In this document: in pieces, positions 15,972 through 50,400 of the stretch
Layout: each line of letters opens with the position of its first letter
How positions within the stretch are numbered: position 1 is the stretch's first letter
NCBI GenBank assembly: GCA_963716255.1
Contig: OY970303.1
Coordinates: 2,272,001 to 2,336,000 of the forward strand
From: an uncultured Gemmatimonadales bacterium
Lineage (GTDB): Bacteria; Gemmatimonadota; Gemmatimonadetes; Longimicrobiales; Longimicrobiaceae
Direction: 5' to 3'
Length of the DNA: 64,000 nucleotides
Notes under the pieces: model-generated
What the model was told of the DNA's origin: nothing
The model's database searches: none
Seen by the model: only the letters and a program-made list of their open reading frames with translations
Program-made: the position numbers and the translations under genes

Positions 15972-18446
15972 CTACCCGCCCCGCAAGGCCTCCGTAGGCT
16001 GGATCTTGAGGCCTTGCCTGGCAGGTCCTACCACCGCGAGCAGGCCCACGGCGGCCATGAGCGCGGCGACGATGGGCAGGAGGACGATCCCCCTCCCGTC
16101 CATGAGGCCGCCCCCGGTCAGCTTCTCGAGCACGATCGCCAACAGGACACCCACCACGAGCCCGATGGCGAGCTGGGTCGCCGCCCGGGAGAAGATCGCC
16201 CTGACGATCTGCCCCGGATGCGCGCCCAGGGCGGAGCGGATCCCGATCTCGCGCCGGCGCTGGGACACGGTCAGCGACATGAGCGCGAAGATCCCGGCCG
16301 CCGAGAGGAGAAGGACGCTCAGCGTGATGAGCGCGATCGCCGCGGCCCCCAGCTGGATCTCCAGGCGGTCCTTGCGGTAGACCTCGTCCATGGAAAGGAT
16401 GTCGTCCAGCCGCAGGGTGGGATCGAGCGACGTGGTGATCTCCCGGAGCCGCCCGGCGAAAGCCGCCGGTGAGCCTCCCCGTACGCGTACGGCCAGGCTC
16501 ACCGGGTGGACCTGCCCGGGTTCCATGGGATGGTACACCTTGGCTTCGGGCATCCCGGGCTCGATCGCGTTCGCAGGGAGGTTGTTCACGACCCCGACGA
16601 TCTCGTACCAGGGGCCCGGCTCTGCGTCGGACGAGGGTGCGACGTAGCGGAACCGCCGGCCGAGTGGGTTTGCGCTACCAAGGAACTGCTGCACGAACAG
16701 TCTGTTCACGATCACGGCGGTCGCCGCGCCGCTCAGGTCCGCGGACTGGAACTGCCGCCCGGTCAGGGTGGGGACGCGGAAGGCGTCGAAGAAGTCGACG
16801 TCCACCCGGAGGGTCCGCACCTGATGGCTGGGTGCGGCGCCATTCGGCGGCGACACGCCGTCGATCTCTATCGAAGCCGTCAGCTCGTCCGCGCCCGGGA
16901 CTCCGGACGCGAAGGTCACTGCGGAAACGCCCGGCTCCGCGTCCAGGCGCCGCACCAGTTCGGCCTGCAGGCTGGCGAAGCGGGAATCGGCCTCGCGCTG
17001 GTAGGCCTCGGCCTCCGCGCTCGGAACGCTCTCCTGGTCCGTCTCGAGGCGTGCGGTCAGGAACTCCCCGGACGCGAATCCCGGCTCGGCGATTCCGTAC
17101 CGGATCAGCTCCCATCCCATGAAGCCCACCCCGGGGAGGACGGCGACGGCGAAGGCGACCTGGGCGACGATCAGGGTGGACCACGTCCTGCCGAGCTGAA
17201 GCCCCGTACCGCCTCCCAGCTCACGGAGGTTGGACTGGAGGCGGCGGCCGGTAGCCTTCATCGCCGGCACGACGCCCACGATCACGGCGGCGAGAAACGC
17301 GAGCCCCACGACGTAGAGAATCGTGGCGGGGGACAGGCCGAAGCTGACCCAGAAGGGGAGACCGCCGGCGCCCATCTCCCCCGCCAGCACCGCGTTGACC
17401 GGCCGGAGAGCCAGCCCGGCCAGGACGAGCCCGACCACCGCCGCCCCCGCCGACAGGATGAGCGCCTCCACGAAGAGCTGCGTCACGATGCGGCCGCGGC
17501 TCGCCCCCAGCGCGTTGCGCACCGCGATCTCGCCCTGCCGCGTCGCCGTCCGGGCATAGACCAGGATGGCGACGTTCACGCAGATCACGACCAGGAGCAT
17601 GCTGATGAGGAGCTGGACGAGCTGGAGCACCAGGCGCGCCTCCTCGTTGAAGAAGAGAGCCGCGTACGGAACGACGCGGGGCCGGAGCCGCTCGTTGGTT
17701 TCCGGAAAGGCGGTGGCCGTCCGCACCCCGATCGCCGTCAGCTCGGCCTGCGCGTCGTCGAGGGAGGCGCCGCGCGCGAGCCGTCCGAAGACGTTGATCT
17801 CCGGCCCCTGGCGCCGCTCGTAGTCCGAGGGGTCCGCACGCAGGGGGACCCACATGTAGTGGGCGACGGGGAACGAGAAGCCTTCCGGCATCACGCCGAC
17901 CACGGTGTGCACCGTGTTCCCGAGGCGGACTTCGCGCCCGACGATGCCGGGATCGCCGGCGAAGCGGGTCTGCCACGCGTCGTAGCCGATCACGACCACG
18001 GGAGGCGCCCCCTTGCGCTCGTCCTCTGCGACGAGGAGCCTTCCCAGGAGCGGGGACACCCGTGCCACCCGGAACCCGGAGGCGGTCATCTCGGCCACGT
18101 CGACCGGACCGGTCTGCCGGTTGGGAATGATCAGGTTGCGCTCGACCGTCCGGAACGCCGACAGCTCCTGCACCGACTTCGCTTGCTCGCGCCAGGCGGC
18201 GAAGTCGTGCAGGGAGCGGAGCTCCGGGTGGTTCGCCGCGGCGTCCCAGTTCTGGATGCCCACCACGCGGTCGCCCTCGGCCAGCGGCAGCGTGGGAGAC
18301 ATCAGGGTGTAGTAGGCCTCTGAGGAGGTCGCGCCGATCGCGATGGCGACCGCCATCGCAAGCCCCCCGACCAGCGTCAGGACCGGGTACTTGATCAGCA
18401 TCCGGGCGCCCAGCTTGACGTCCAGCCAGGAAATGCCAGTCCTCAT
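15972..18446 (-). CDS. ABC transporter permease, duplicated MacB/FtsX type (ADOP-like)
   Basis: Two periplasmic plus FtsX halves: VVGVMPEGFSFP, NVAILVYARTATRQGEIAVRNALGASRGRI and TVSQRRREIGIRSALGA. No ATPase gene in the window. Confidence 0.9.
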   Translation of the reverse strand: MRTGISWLDVKLGARMLIKYPVLTLVGGLAMAVAIAIGATSSEAYYTLMSPTLPLAEGDRVVGIQNWDAAANHPELRSLHDFAAWREQAKSVQELSAFRTVERNLIIPNRQTGPVDVAEMTASGFRVARVSPLLGRLLVAEDERKGAPPVVVIGYDAWQTRFAGDPGIVGREVRLGNTVHTVVGVMPEGFSFPVAHYMWVPLRADPSDYERRQGPEINVFGRLARGASLDDAQAELTAIGVRTATAFPETNERLRPRVVPYAALFFNEEARLVLQLVQLLISMLLVVICVNVAILVYARTATRQGEIAVRNALGASRGRIVTQLFVEALILSAGAAVVGLVLAGLALRPVNAVLAGEMGAGGLPFWVSFGLSPATILYVVGLAFLAAVIVGVVPAMKATGRRLQSNLRELGGGTGLQLGRTWSTLIVAQVAFAVAVLPGVGFMGWELIRYGIAEPGFASGEFLTARLETDQESVPSAEAEAYQREADSRFASLQAELVRRLDAEPGVSAVTFASGVPGADELTASIEIDGVSPPNGAAPSHQVRTLRVDVDFFDAFRVPTLTGRQFQSADLSGAATAVIVNRLFVQQFLGSANPLGRRFRYVAPSSDAEPGPWYEIVGVVNNLPANAIEPGMPEAKVYHPMEPGQVHPVSLAVRVRGGSPAAFAGRLREITTSLDPTLRLDDILSMDEVYRKDRLEIQLGAAAIALITLSVLLLSAAGIFALMSLTVSQRRREIGIRSALGAHPGQIVRAIFSRAATQLAIGLVVGVLLAIVLEKLTGGGLMDGRGIVLLPIVAALMAAVGLLAVVGPARQGLKIQPTEALRGG

Positions 18447-18543
18447 GGAGTCTTCTCCACCAGATGGGTTGTGAGAGGCGCCACCGCTCGCGCGCCCGGT
18501 CGTTGCAGGGAGGCGGGCGGGGCCCCGGGAGAAGCCCGTGTCG

Positions 18544-31467
<12,924 letters not shown>

Positions 31468-31553
31468 GAGCGGGTGCGGCGGTTGCATGGCACGGGCACG
31501 GACGAAAGCGGCCGGCGTGGAGGCTGCGGCGACAGGGGGCAGGCCACGGCGCG

Positions 31554-41318
<9,765 letters not shown>

Positions 41319-41499
41319 GGGCGGGAGCAGCTGTCGGATGCGGCCGCGGACGTCCGGGGCAGAGGTCGGAGAGACGGCGCCGGGGCGACGGCGACGAGGT
41401 CGACACCCCCGGGAAGGGGCGCCGGCCGCCGGGGGCGGAAGGCCTGCGCGATCGGGTTCATCGCCGGCAGCGTGGCCGGTGGCGCGGCGTGCCGGCGGG

Positions 41500-44400
41500 T
41501 CACCCGACGCTCGCCCCGCGGACCAATGCGGTCAGGTGCGCGATCTCCAGGGTATCGAACTGGTCGAGCTGGACGTCGAGAACGTGCTGCGCCAGCGCGG
41601 ACAGAACGGGCTTTTCGAACACGTCGCTCAGCGCGACGTCGGCGTCCAGGTGCTGCTTGATGCGGGGTACGAGCTTCACTACCAGCAGGGAGTGGCCGCC
41701 CAGCTCGAAGAAGTGGTCGTGGCGGCCCACCCGCTCCACCCCCAGCACCTCCGCCCAGATCTGCGCCAGCACCCCCTCCGTCTCCCCCACGGGCGCCTCG
41801 TAGCCCCGCCGCGCGTACGCATCCCCCTCCGGCGCCGGCAGCCCCCGGCGGTCCACCTTCCCGTTCGGCGTCCGCGGAAGCGCCGCCAGGCGCACGTACG
41901 CCCCCGGGACCATGTACTCCGCCACGCGATCCCCAAGGTGCCCCCGCAGCGCCTCCACACCCGCATCCCCCACGTAGTACGCCACCAGACGCTTCTCCCC
42001 GGCCCCCTCCTCCCGCGCCACCACCACCGCCTCCTCCACTCCCTCGTGCTCCCCCAGCCGTGCCTCGATCTCGCTCAGCTCGATCCGGAAACCCCGCACC
42101 TTCACCTGGAAGTCGTTCCGACCCACGAACTCCACCTCTCCCTCCCCACGCCACCTCACCAGGTCCCCCGTCCGGTACAGACGCCCCCCCGCAGCCCCCC
42201 CCAACCCGTCCGGAACGAACTTCTCCGCCGTCAGCCCCGCTCGACCCCAGTAGCCCAGCGCCACCCCAGCGCCCCCCACGTACAGCTCCCCCACCACCCC
42301 CACCGGAACCGGCGCCCCCGACCCGTCCAGCACGTACGCTCGCGTGTTCCCCTTCGGCCGCCCGATCGGGATTCCCCGCCCCCCCTCCACCGCCTCCCCC
42401 ACCTCCACCGCGTGCGCCAGCGAGAACGTGGTCGTCTCCGTTGGCCCGTAGCAGTTGTAGATCCGCACACGGCCCCCCTCACCCAGCACCCGCGCGTACG
42501 CCGCAGGGGCCGCGCGGTCCCCCCCCGTGAGCACGTAGCGCAGCCCCGACAGCGCCCCCGGGATCACCTGCGCGTAGTGGTTGAACAGCACCGGCGTGAT
42601 CAGCAGCGCCGTCACCCCCGCCGCCTCCAGCAGGCGACCGTACTCCGGCGCGTCCAGCAGCACCTCCTGCCCCACCACCACGATGCGCCCGCCCCGAAGC
42701 AGCGGGCCCCACACCTCCAGCGTCGACGCGTCGAAGGCCGGGTTCGACGCCAGCGCCACCCGGTCCTCCGAATCCAGATCCGCGTAGCCGTTGCTCAGCA
42801 CCAGCTGCGTGATCGCCCGGTGCGGCACCATCACTCCCTTGGGCTCCCCCGTCGAGCCGGAGGTGTACATCACGTACGCCAACGCCTCCCCGCCCAGCCC
42901 ACCCGCCGCGTCCAGCTCACCCGCCACGCCCGCCGCCCCGGCTCCGGACAGCGTGTCCACGTCCACCCGATCCACACCCGGAAGCGGCGCAAGCGGCTCG
43001 CCCGAGCGGCTCAGCAGGAGGCGCGCGCCGCTGTCGGCGATCATGAAGGCCGTGCGCTCGGCCGGGTACGACGCGTCCAGCGGGACGTACGCCGCACCTG
43101 CCCTGAGCACCGCCAGCTCGGCCACCACCAGCTCGACCGAGCGCGGGAGCAGGAGAGCCACCCGGCTCCCGGCGCGCACCCCGCGCCGCCTGAGGTGCTG
43201 CGCCAGCCCGTGGGCCCACGCGTCCAGCTCGGCGTACGTCAGCGTCCGCTCCCCCTGCACCACCGCAACGGCGCCGGGCGTGCGCCCGGCCTGCGCCGCG
43301 AACAGCTCGTGCACCCCCACCTCGCCCGGGTACGCCGACGCCGTCCGGTTCCACGCCTCCAGCAGCTGCCGGCGCTCCTCCTCCGCCAGCACCTCCAGCC
43401 GGTCCACCGGGCGATCGGCGTCGGCGGCCATCCCCTCCAGCACCCGCCGCAGGTACCCCGCGTACCGCTCCACCGTCTCCGGCTCGAAGAGCGCCGTCGC
43501 GTACTCCACTCCCCCCACGATCCGCCCCTCCGCCTCCTGCAGCGACAGCGAAAGGTCGAACTTCGACGTCGCCTGCCGGGTCTCCTGCACGGGTCCTACC
43601 TCCAGCCCCGGCAGCTCCAGCCTGTCGCGCCGCGTGTTCTGCCAGGCGAACATCACCTGGAAGACGGGGCTGTGCGCCAGGCTGCGCGCCGGCTGCACCA
43701 GCTCCACCACCTGCTCGAACGGGATGTCCTGGTTCTGCTGGGCTTCCAGCACTCGCGCCTTCACCCGCCCCAGCAGCTCCGCCACCGCAGGAGCGCCCGT
43801 CAGCTCCACGCGGAGCGCCAGCGTGTTCACGAAGAACCCGATCAGCCGCTCGATCTCTCCCCTGCCGCGATTGGCCGTCGGCGCGCCGATGACCACGTCC
43901 GTCTGGCCCGAAAGACGGCTCAGCACCGTCGCCCACCCGGCCAGGAGGGTCATGAACAGCGTCACTCCGTGGCGCCGGCCGAGCGCCCGCAGCGCCGCCG
44001 TGAGCTCCTCGCCCAGCTCCACCCCGACCGTTGCACCCGCATGGTCCTGCCTCGCGGGTCGCGCGTGGTCCGTCGGCAGCTCCAGCAGCTCCGGCACGCC
44101 ACGCAGCACCCGGCTCCAGTACGCCGCCTGCGCGTCCAGCACCGCGCCGTCCACCCAGCGCCGCTGCCACGCCGCGTAGTCCGCGTACTGCACCGGGAGC
44201 GACGGCAGCGGGTCCTCCTCTCCTCCGCGGTATGCGCCGTACAGCACGCTCAGCTCGCCGTCCAGCAGACCCATGGACCACGCGTCCGACACCACGTGGT
44301 GCATCGTCACCAGCAGCACGTGGTCGTCCTCCGCGAGCCGGATCAGCCGGCCGCGAATGACGGGGCCGCCCTCCAGGTCGAAGGGAGCTCGCGCTTCGGC

Positions 44401-47400
44401 GGCCGCGAGGTGCTGGAGCTCCGCCTCCGCACCGGGGCTCGCTCCCAGGTCGTGCTCCAGGAGGTGGAAGGCGCTCTCCTCCACCGGCGCGATCCGCTGC
44501 TCCGGCTCGCCGTCCACCACCACGAACGTGGTCCGCAGCGCCTCGTGGCGCGCCACGATACGGTCCAGCGCGCGGACCAGCGCCGCGCGGTCCAGCGCAC
44601 CCCGCAGCCGGAGGCGCCGCCGAACGTGGTACGTGCTGCCCATGTGCCCGAGCTGCTCCAGGAACCAGAGCCGCTGCTGCGCATAGGACAGCGCCAAGCG
44701 CCCGCTCCGGTCCACCGGCTCTATGGGGGGCAGCTCCGCGCGCGCCGCCGTCTCCAGCCCGCGCGCGAACTCTGCAAGCCCCGGCCGCTCGAACATGTCG
44801 CCCAGCGCCGCCTCGGCTCCCATCACCTGACGCACCCGCGAGATCACCTGCACCGCCAGCAGCGAGTGGCCGCCCAGCTCGAAGAAGCTGTCCCAGCGGC
44901 CCACCCCCTCCACGCCCAGCACCTCGGACCAGATCTCCGCCAGCGCCAGCTCGGTCTCGCTCGCCGGCGCCTCGTAGGCCCGCCGCGCGTAGGCATCGCC
45001 CTCGGGCGCCGGCAGCGCCTTCCGGTCCACCTTGCCGTTCGGGGTGAGCGGGAGCCGCTCCATCGCCACATACGACGCCGGCACCATGTACTCCGGGAGC
45101 CGCTCGTGCAGGTGCTCGCGCAGCCGGGGCACCAGCACCCCGGTCCGCCTCCCCCGCAGCGGATCCGTCGCGTACGCGGCCAGCTCCCGGTGCTCCCAGC
45201 GGGTGCGCGTCGGGAACGCCCGCCGGCCGGCCGGGGCCGCCACTTTCGTGAACAGCGCGTCCATGCGCCCGGCGTCGTTGGACTCTGCAAGCTTCACCTC
45301 GACCGTCCACCCCAGGGCCTCCCCCAGCCTCCAGAGGGCATCGGGGTCGACTCCCTCCGCCACCGCCCTGCGGCGCACCTCCCCCACGGTGTCGACGCCC
45401 TGGCCGCTGCGCCGGATCTCGAGCTGCTTCAGGGCCCCGCTCACCCGCGAGTTCGGGATCCCCTGCACCACGACCACGTCGTCGCTCGTCTCCTCCAGCC
45501 AGGACTCCAGCGATTCCAGCGTCAGGCGCCCGGCCTCCCAGCTCAGCCAGGTCCCTTCCGCCGGGCTCTCGTCGGCCTGGCCCACGTGCAGCACGACGTC
45601 GTAGCGGAACTCCGTCAGCTCGTTGCGGAACCGTCCCCGTTTCTGGAGGGTCTCCACCCGGCCGATGGACTCCACCTGCTGGCCCAGGGACCAGAAGAAG
45701 CCAGGATCGATCACCAGCTCGGCCTCCTGCGCCTGCGCCTGCTCCGCCCGGTCCCTCCACTCCGCCACGGGGCGGGTCGCGGGAGACGCGTACGTCTCCA
45801 CGGCGGTCCGGAACGCGCCCAGGAGCCGCAGGTCGCGCACGTCCCCGACGAACACATGGCCACCAGGCTCCACCACCCGCGCGGCGCCCTCCAGCACCCG
45901 CATCAGGTACTCCAGGCCGGGGAGGTACTGCACCACGGAGTTGATGACCACGGTGTCGAACGACCCCCGCTCGAACCCGCCGAAGTCGTCGGCCGTGCGC
46001 TCCAGGAGTTCCACGTGCTGCAGCTCCGGCTGCTCACGCCGCAGCCCGTCGATGCCCCTCAGGGCTCGGGCGGAGAAGTCCGTCCCGACGTAGCGCGCGC
46101 AGCCCGGCGCCACGCGCGACAGCAGCAGGCCCGTCCCGCATCCGATCTCGAGCACCCGTCGGGGCGACAGGGTGCCGATCCGCGCGACCGTGGCATCCAC
46201 CCATTCCCGCATCTCCTCGGGCGGGACCGGTTCGCCGGTGTAGCTGCTGTTCCAGCCGCTGATGTCGAAGGTGGGATCGGCGGCGGCATACGCTCTTCCG
46301 TACGCGTAGTCCCACGCGGTCATCCAGTCGGTCTGGTGCTCCGCCTCCCATCCCTCGCCTGCCGCTTCTCCCCCGGTTGCGGCCTCGTCCACGCGGTCCC
46401 AGTCGGGCACCACGTACGCGACCAGCCGCCTGTCCCCGGCGCTGTCCTCGCGCGCCAGCACCACCGCCTCGCGCACCGCGGCATGCTCGGCCAGCTTCGC
46501 CTCGATCTCCCCCAGCTCGATGCGGTAGCCCCGCACCTTCACCTGCGTGTCGTTGCGCCCGACGAACTCCAGCGTCCCGTCCGGCAGCCACCGCCCCAGG
46601 TCCCCCGTGCGGTACAGCCGCCCGCCCGGCGCCGAGCCGAACGGGTCCGCCACGAAGCGCTCCGCGGTCAGCTCCGGCCGGTCCAGGTACCCGCGCGCCA
46701 CTCCCGTCCCCCCGATGTACAGCTCGCCCACCACGCAGGCGGGCACGGGCTCGCCGCTCGCATCCAGCACGTAGATCCGCGTGTTGGCGAGCGGAGCGCC
46801 CAGGGGAACGTGGCCCCGGCCCGCGGGAGACGCCGTGCCCACAGGGTGCACCGACGACCAGATCGTCGTTTCCGTGGGCCCGTAGACGTTCCACAGCTCA
46901 GCGACCCGCTCACCCAGCCGCGCGGCGAGCTCGGCCGGGAGCGCTTCGCCGCCGCAGAGGGCGCGCAGGCCCTCCTCGCCCTGCCAGCCGCTTTCGATGA
47001 GCAGGCGCCACGTCGCGGGAGTAGCCTGCATCACGGTCCCTCCGCACGCGGAGATCGCGCGCTGGAGAAGGGCGGGGTCGGAGCCGACCGCGCGGTCGAG
47101 GATCTCCACGCGCGCTCCGGAGAGCAGCGGGAGGAAGAGCTCCAGCACCGAGATGTCGAAGGCGACGGTCGTCACGGCGAGAAGCCGGTCCGTCGCCTCC
47201 ATCCGCAGGGTCGTCCGCATGGACCACAGGAGGTTGACAACGCCCCCGTGCAGGTTCATCACGCCCTTGGGTTCGCCCGTCGAGCCCGACGTGTAGATCA
47301 CGTACGCCAGGTGGTCCGGCGTGAGCCCTGCGCGCGGCGGATCGGTCTCCGGCTGGTCTGCCCAGGCAGGCGCGTCCGCGTCGAGATCCACCACCGGCAC

Positions 47401-50400
47401 GTGCAGCCCGGCGAGCCTTCCCGCTGTCGGCCCCTGCGTCAGCAGCACCGCCGGCGCGCTGTGCCGGAGCACGAAGCGCAGCCGGTCCTCGGGGTAGTGG
47501 GGGTCCAGCGGCACGTACGCCCCGCCCGCCTTCAGCACCCCCAGCAGCCCGACCATCATCTCCAGCCCACGCTCCGCGCACAGCCCCACCCGTACGTCGG
47601 GGCCCACCCCGCGCTCCCGGAGGTGGTGCGCCAGCCGATTGGCACGCGCGTTCAGCTCGCCGTACGTCAGCGTCCCATCCCCGTGGACCAGCGCCACGGC
47701 GGCCGGCGTGCGCGCGGCCTCCGCCTCGAACAGCTCGTGCACGCATGCGCCGGCCGGATAGGCGGCGTCCGTCCGGTTCCACTCCTCCACTACCCTCGCC
47801 CGCTCCGCGGAGGGCAGCACCTCCAGGCTCGCCAGCGGGCGCGCCGGTGCCTCCTCCAGCGCCTCGACCAGGCTCTCCAGCGCACGGTGCATCATGGCGC
47901 ACACGCGCCCCGGTCCCACGGAGACCGGCGCGAATGCGGTGAGCGAGAGGCCTTCTCCCAGGTCGTCCACCGACAGCCTGACCGGGTAGTTCGTCCGCCC
48001 CACCCCATGGATCAGCTGGCTCCCCTCCAACGTCCTGCCCGGCTCCGCGGTACCGGCCTCACCTCCGCCCCCGCTGTGGCGGTAGTTCAGCAGTGCGGAG
48101 AACAGAGGGGCGGGCGCCGCCACGCCGCTGCACCGCTGGGCGAGCGTCAGCGAGGCGTGCTCGTGCCGCATCAGCTCCGCGAGCTGCCGGTGCGTCCCCC
48201 GCACGCTTGCCTCCACCCCCTCGGGGCCCACCCGCACGCGGACCGGCAGGGTGTTGATGAAGGGTCCCAGCACCCGGTCCGAGCCCTCTCCCCCCTGCAT
48301 CCGGCCGAACAGCACCGTCCCGAACACCACGTCGTCGCGCCCCGACACCCGCGCCAGCACCTGCGCCCACGCCACGTGGCACGCGCTCGCGGCGCTCGCC
48401 CCCAGCTTCCGCGCACGCTCCCGCAGCCTCGCCGCGAGCTTCCCGTCCACCGCCAACCGCGCTTCCGCGACGCCGGACCCGTCTCCCCACACGTCCAGCA
48501 GGCCGAACGGCGCCGTGGGCTCCTCCACGTCTCCCACCAGCTTCCGGAAGTACGCCTCGTGCTCCGCGCGGCTCACCCCCAGGCGCGCCTGCGCCACGTA
48601 GTTGCGGAACGGAAGCGGAGCGGGGAGCTCGTGGGCGCGCCCCAGCAGGTGCGCCTGGACTTCCTTTTCCAGCACCTCCTGCGCGGTGTGGTCGCTCATC
48701 AGGTGGTGCCGGAGCAGCAGGAGCAGCCAGCGGCTCCGGGCCGCGTCCCGCGCTACGTAGACCCGCATCAGCGGCGCACGCACCACGTCCATGCGGTGGT
48801 GGCTCGGGTCGAAGCGCGCCCACAGCTGCTTCGCCGCGTCGCCTCCGGCGGCATCCACTTCCAGCTCGTCGACCTGCAGCCGGGCCTCCCGCCACACCAC
48901 CTGCACCGGCTCGCGCAGCCCTTCCCACACAACCGCCGTGCGCAGCACGTCGTGGCGGTCGACCACCGCCTGCAGCGCGTCCACGTAAGCGTCCACGCGC
49001 CAGCGCGTATCGAAGCTGTAGAGGCCGGCCAGCAGGTACGGATCGCCCTCCGTCGCCAGGATGTGGTGGAAGAGGATCCCCTCCTGCAGGGGCGCAAGCG
49101 GGTAGACGTCCTGTACGTTCCGCGCTCCACCGGGAACTCCGGCCACGATCCGGTCGATCTCCGCCTGGCTCAGCTCCACCAGCGGCAGCATCTCCGGGGT
49201 GATCGTTTCGCAGGGGGTCGGGATCCGGTTCGGGGGTACCGCCACCTCGAATGACTTCCGGCCCACCGCGGCCGCCAGGTCTGCCAGCGTGGGCGTCGTG
49301 AACAGCGCGCTGATCTCTGCGTGCAGTCCCCGCCGCCGCATCCGCCCGATCAGCATCACCGCCTTGAGAGAGTGGCCCCCCAGCTCGGTGAAGTTGTCCC
49401 AGCGGCCCACCCGCTCCACCTTGAGCACCTCCGCCCAGATCTCCGCCAGCGCCTGCTCGACCTCCCCCTCGGGCGCCTCGTAGCCGCCCCGCGCGTACGC
49501 ATCCCCCTCCGGCGCGGGCAGCGCCCGCCGGTCCACCTTCCCGCTCGGCGTGCGCGGTAGCGCCTCCAGGCGCACGTACGCCGCCGGAACCATGTGCTCC
49601 GGCAGACGCTCCGACAGGAACGCACGCAGCACCTCCGCTTCCGGCACCTCCCCCCCCACGCAGTACGCCACCAGCCGACGCTCACCCCCCGCCTCCTCCC
49701 GCGCCACCACCACCGCCTCCCGGATCCCCCGGTGCTCCCCCAGGCGCGACTCGATCTCCCCCAGCTCGATCCGGAACCCCCGAACCTTCACCTGCGCGTC
49801 CCCCCGCCCCACGAACTCGATCGCTCCCTCTCCCACCCACCGCCCCAGGTCCCCCGTCCGGTACAGACGCCCGCCCCCCTCCCCCCCGAACCCGTCCGGA
49901 ACGAACCGCTCCGCCGTATGCTCCGCGCGGTTGCGGTACCCCCGCGCCACCTGCACCCCCCCGATGTACAGCTCCCCAACCACTCCCGCAGGCACCGGCT
50001 CTCCCCCACGGTCCAGCACGTACAGGCGCGTGTTCGCCATCGGACGCCCGATCGGGATTGTTCCCTCCCCCGCACCCGCCTCCCCCGCGCAGCTCCACGC
50101 CGTCACGTCCACCGCCGCCTCCGTCGGGCCGTACACGTTGTACAGGCGCGCTCCCGGCACCTGCGCCTGGAAGCGCCGCGCCAGCTCCCGCGGCAGCGCC
50201 TCGCCCCCGCACACCACCCGCCTCAGCGTCGTGCAGCGGCCCAGATCCCCCTCCTGCACCAGCACCCGTAGCATGGTGGGCACGAAGTGCAGCGTGGTCA
50301 CCCCCTCCCGCCGGATCGTCTCCAGCAGGTAGGACGGGTCCCGGTGCCCGCCCGGGCGCGCCACCACCAGGCGCGCCCCCGCCAGCAGCGGCGGGACCAG

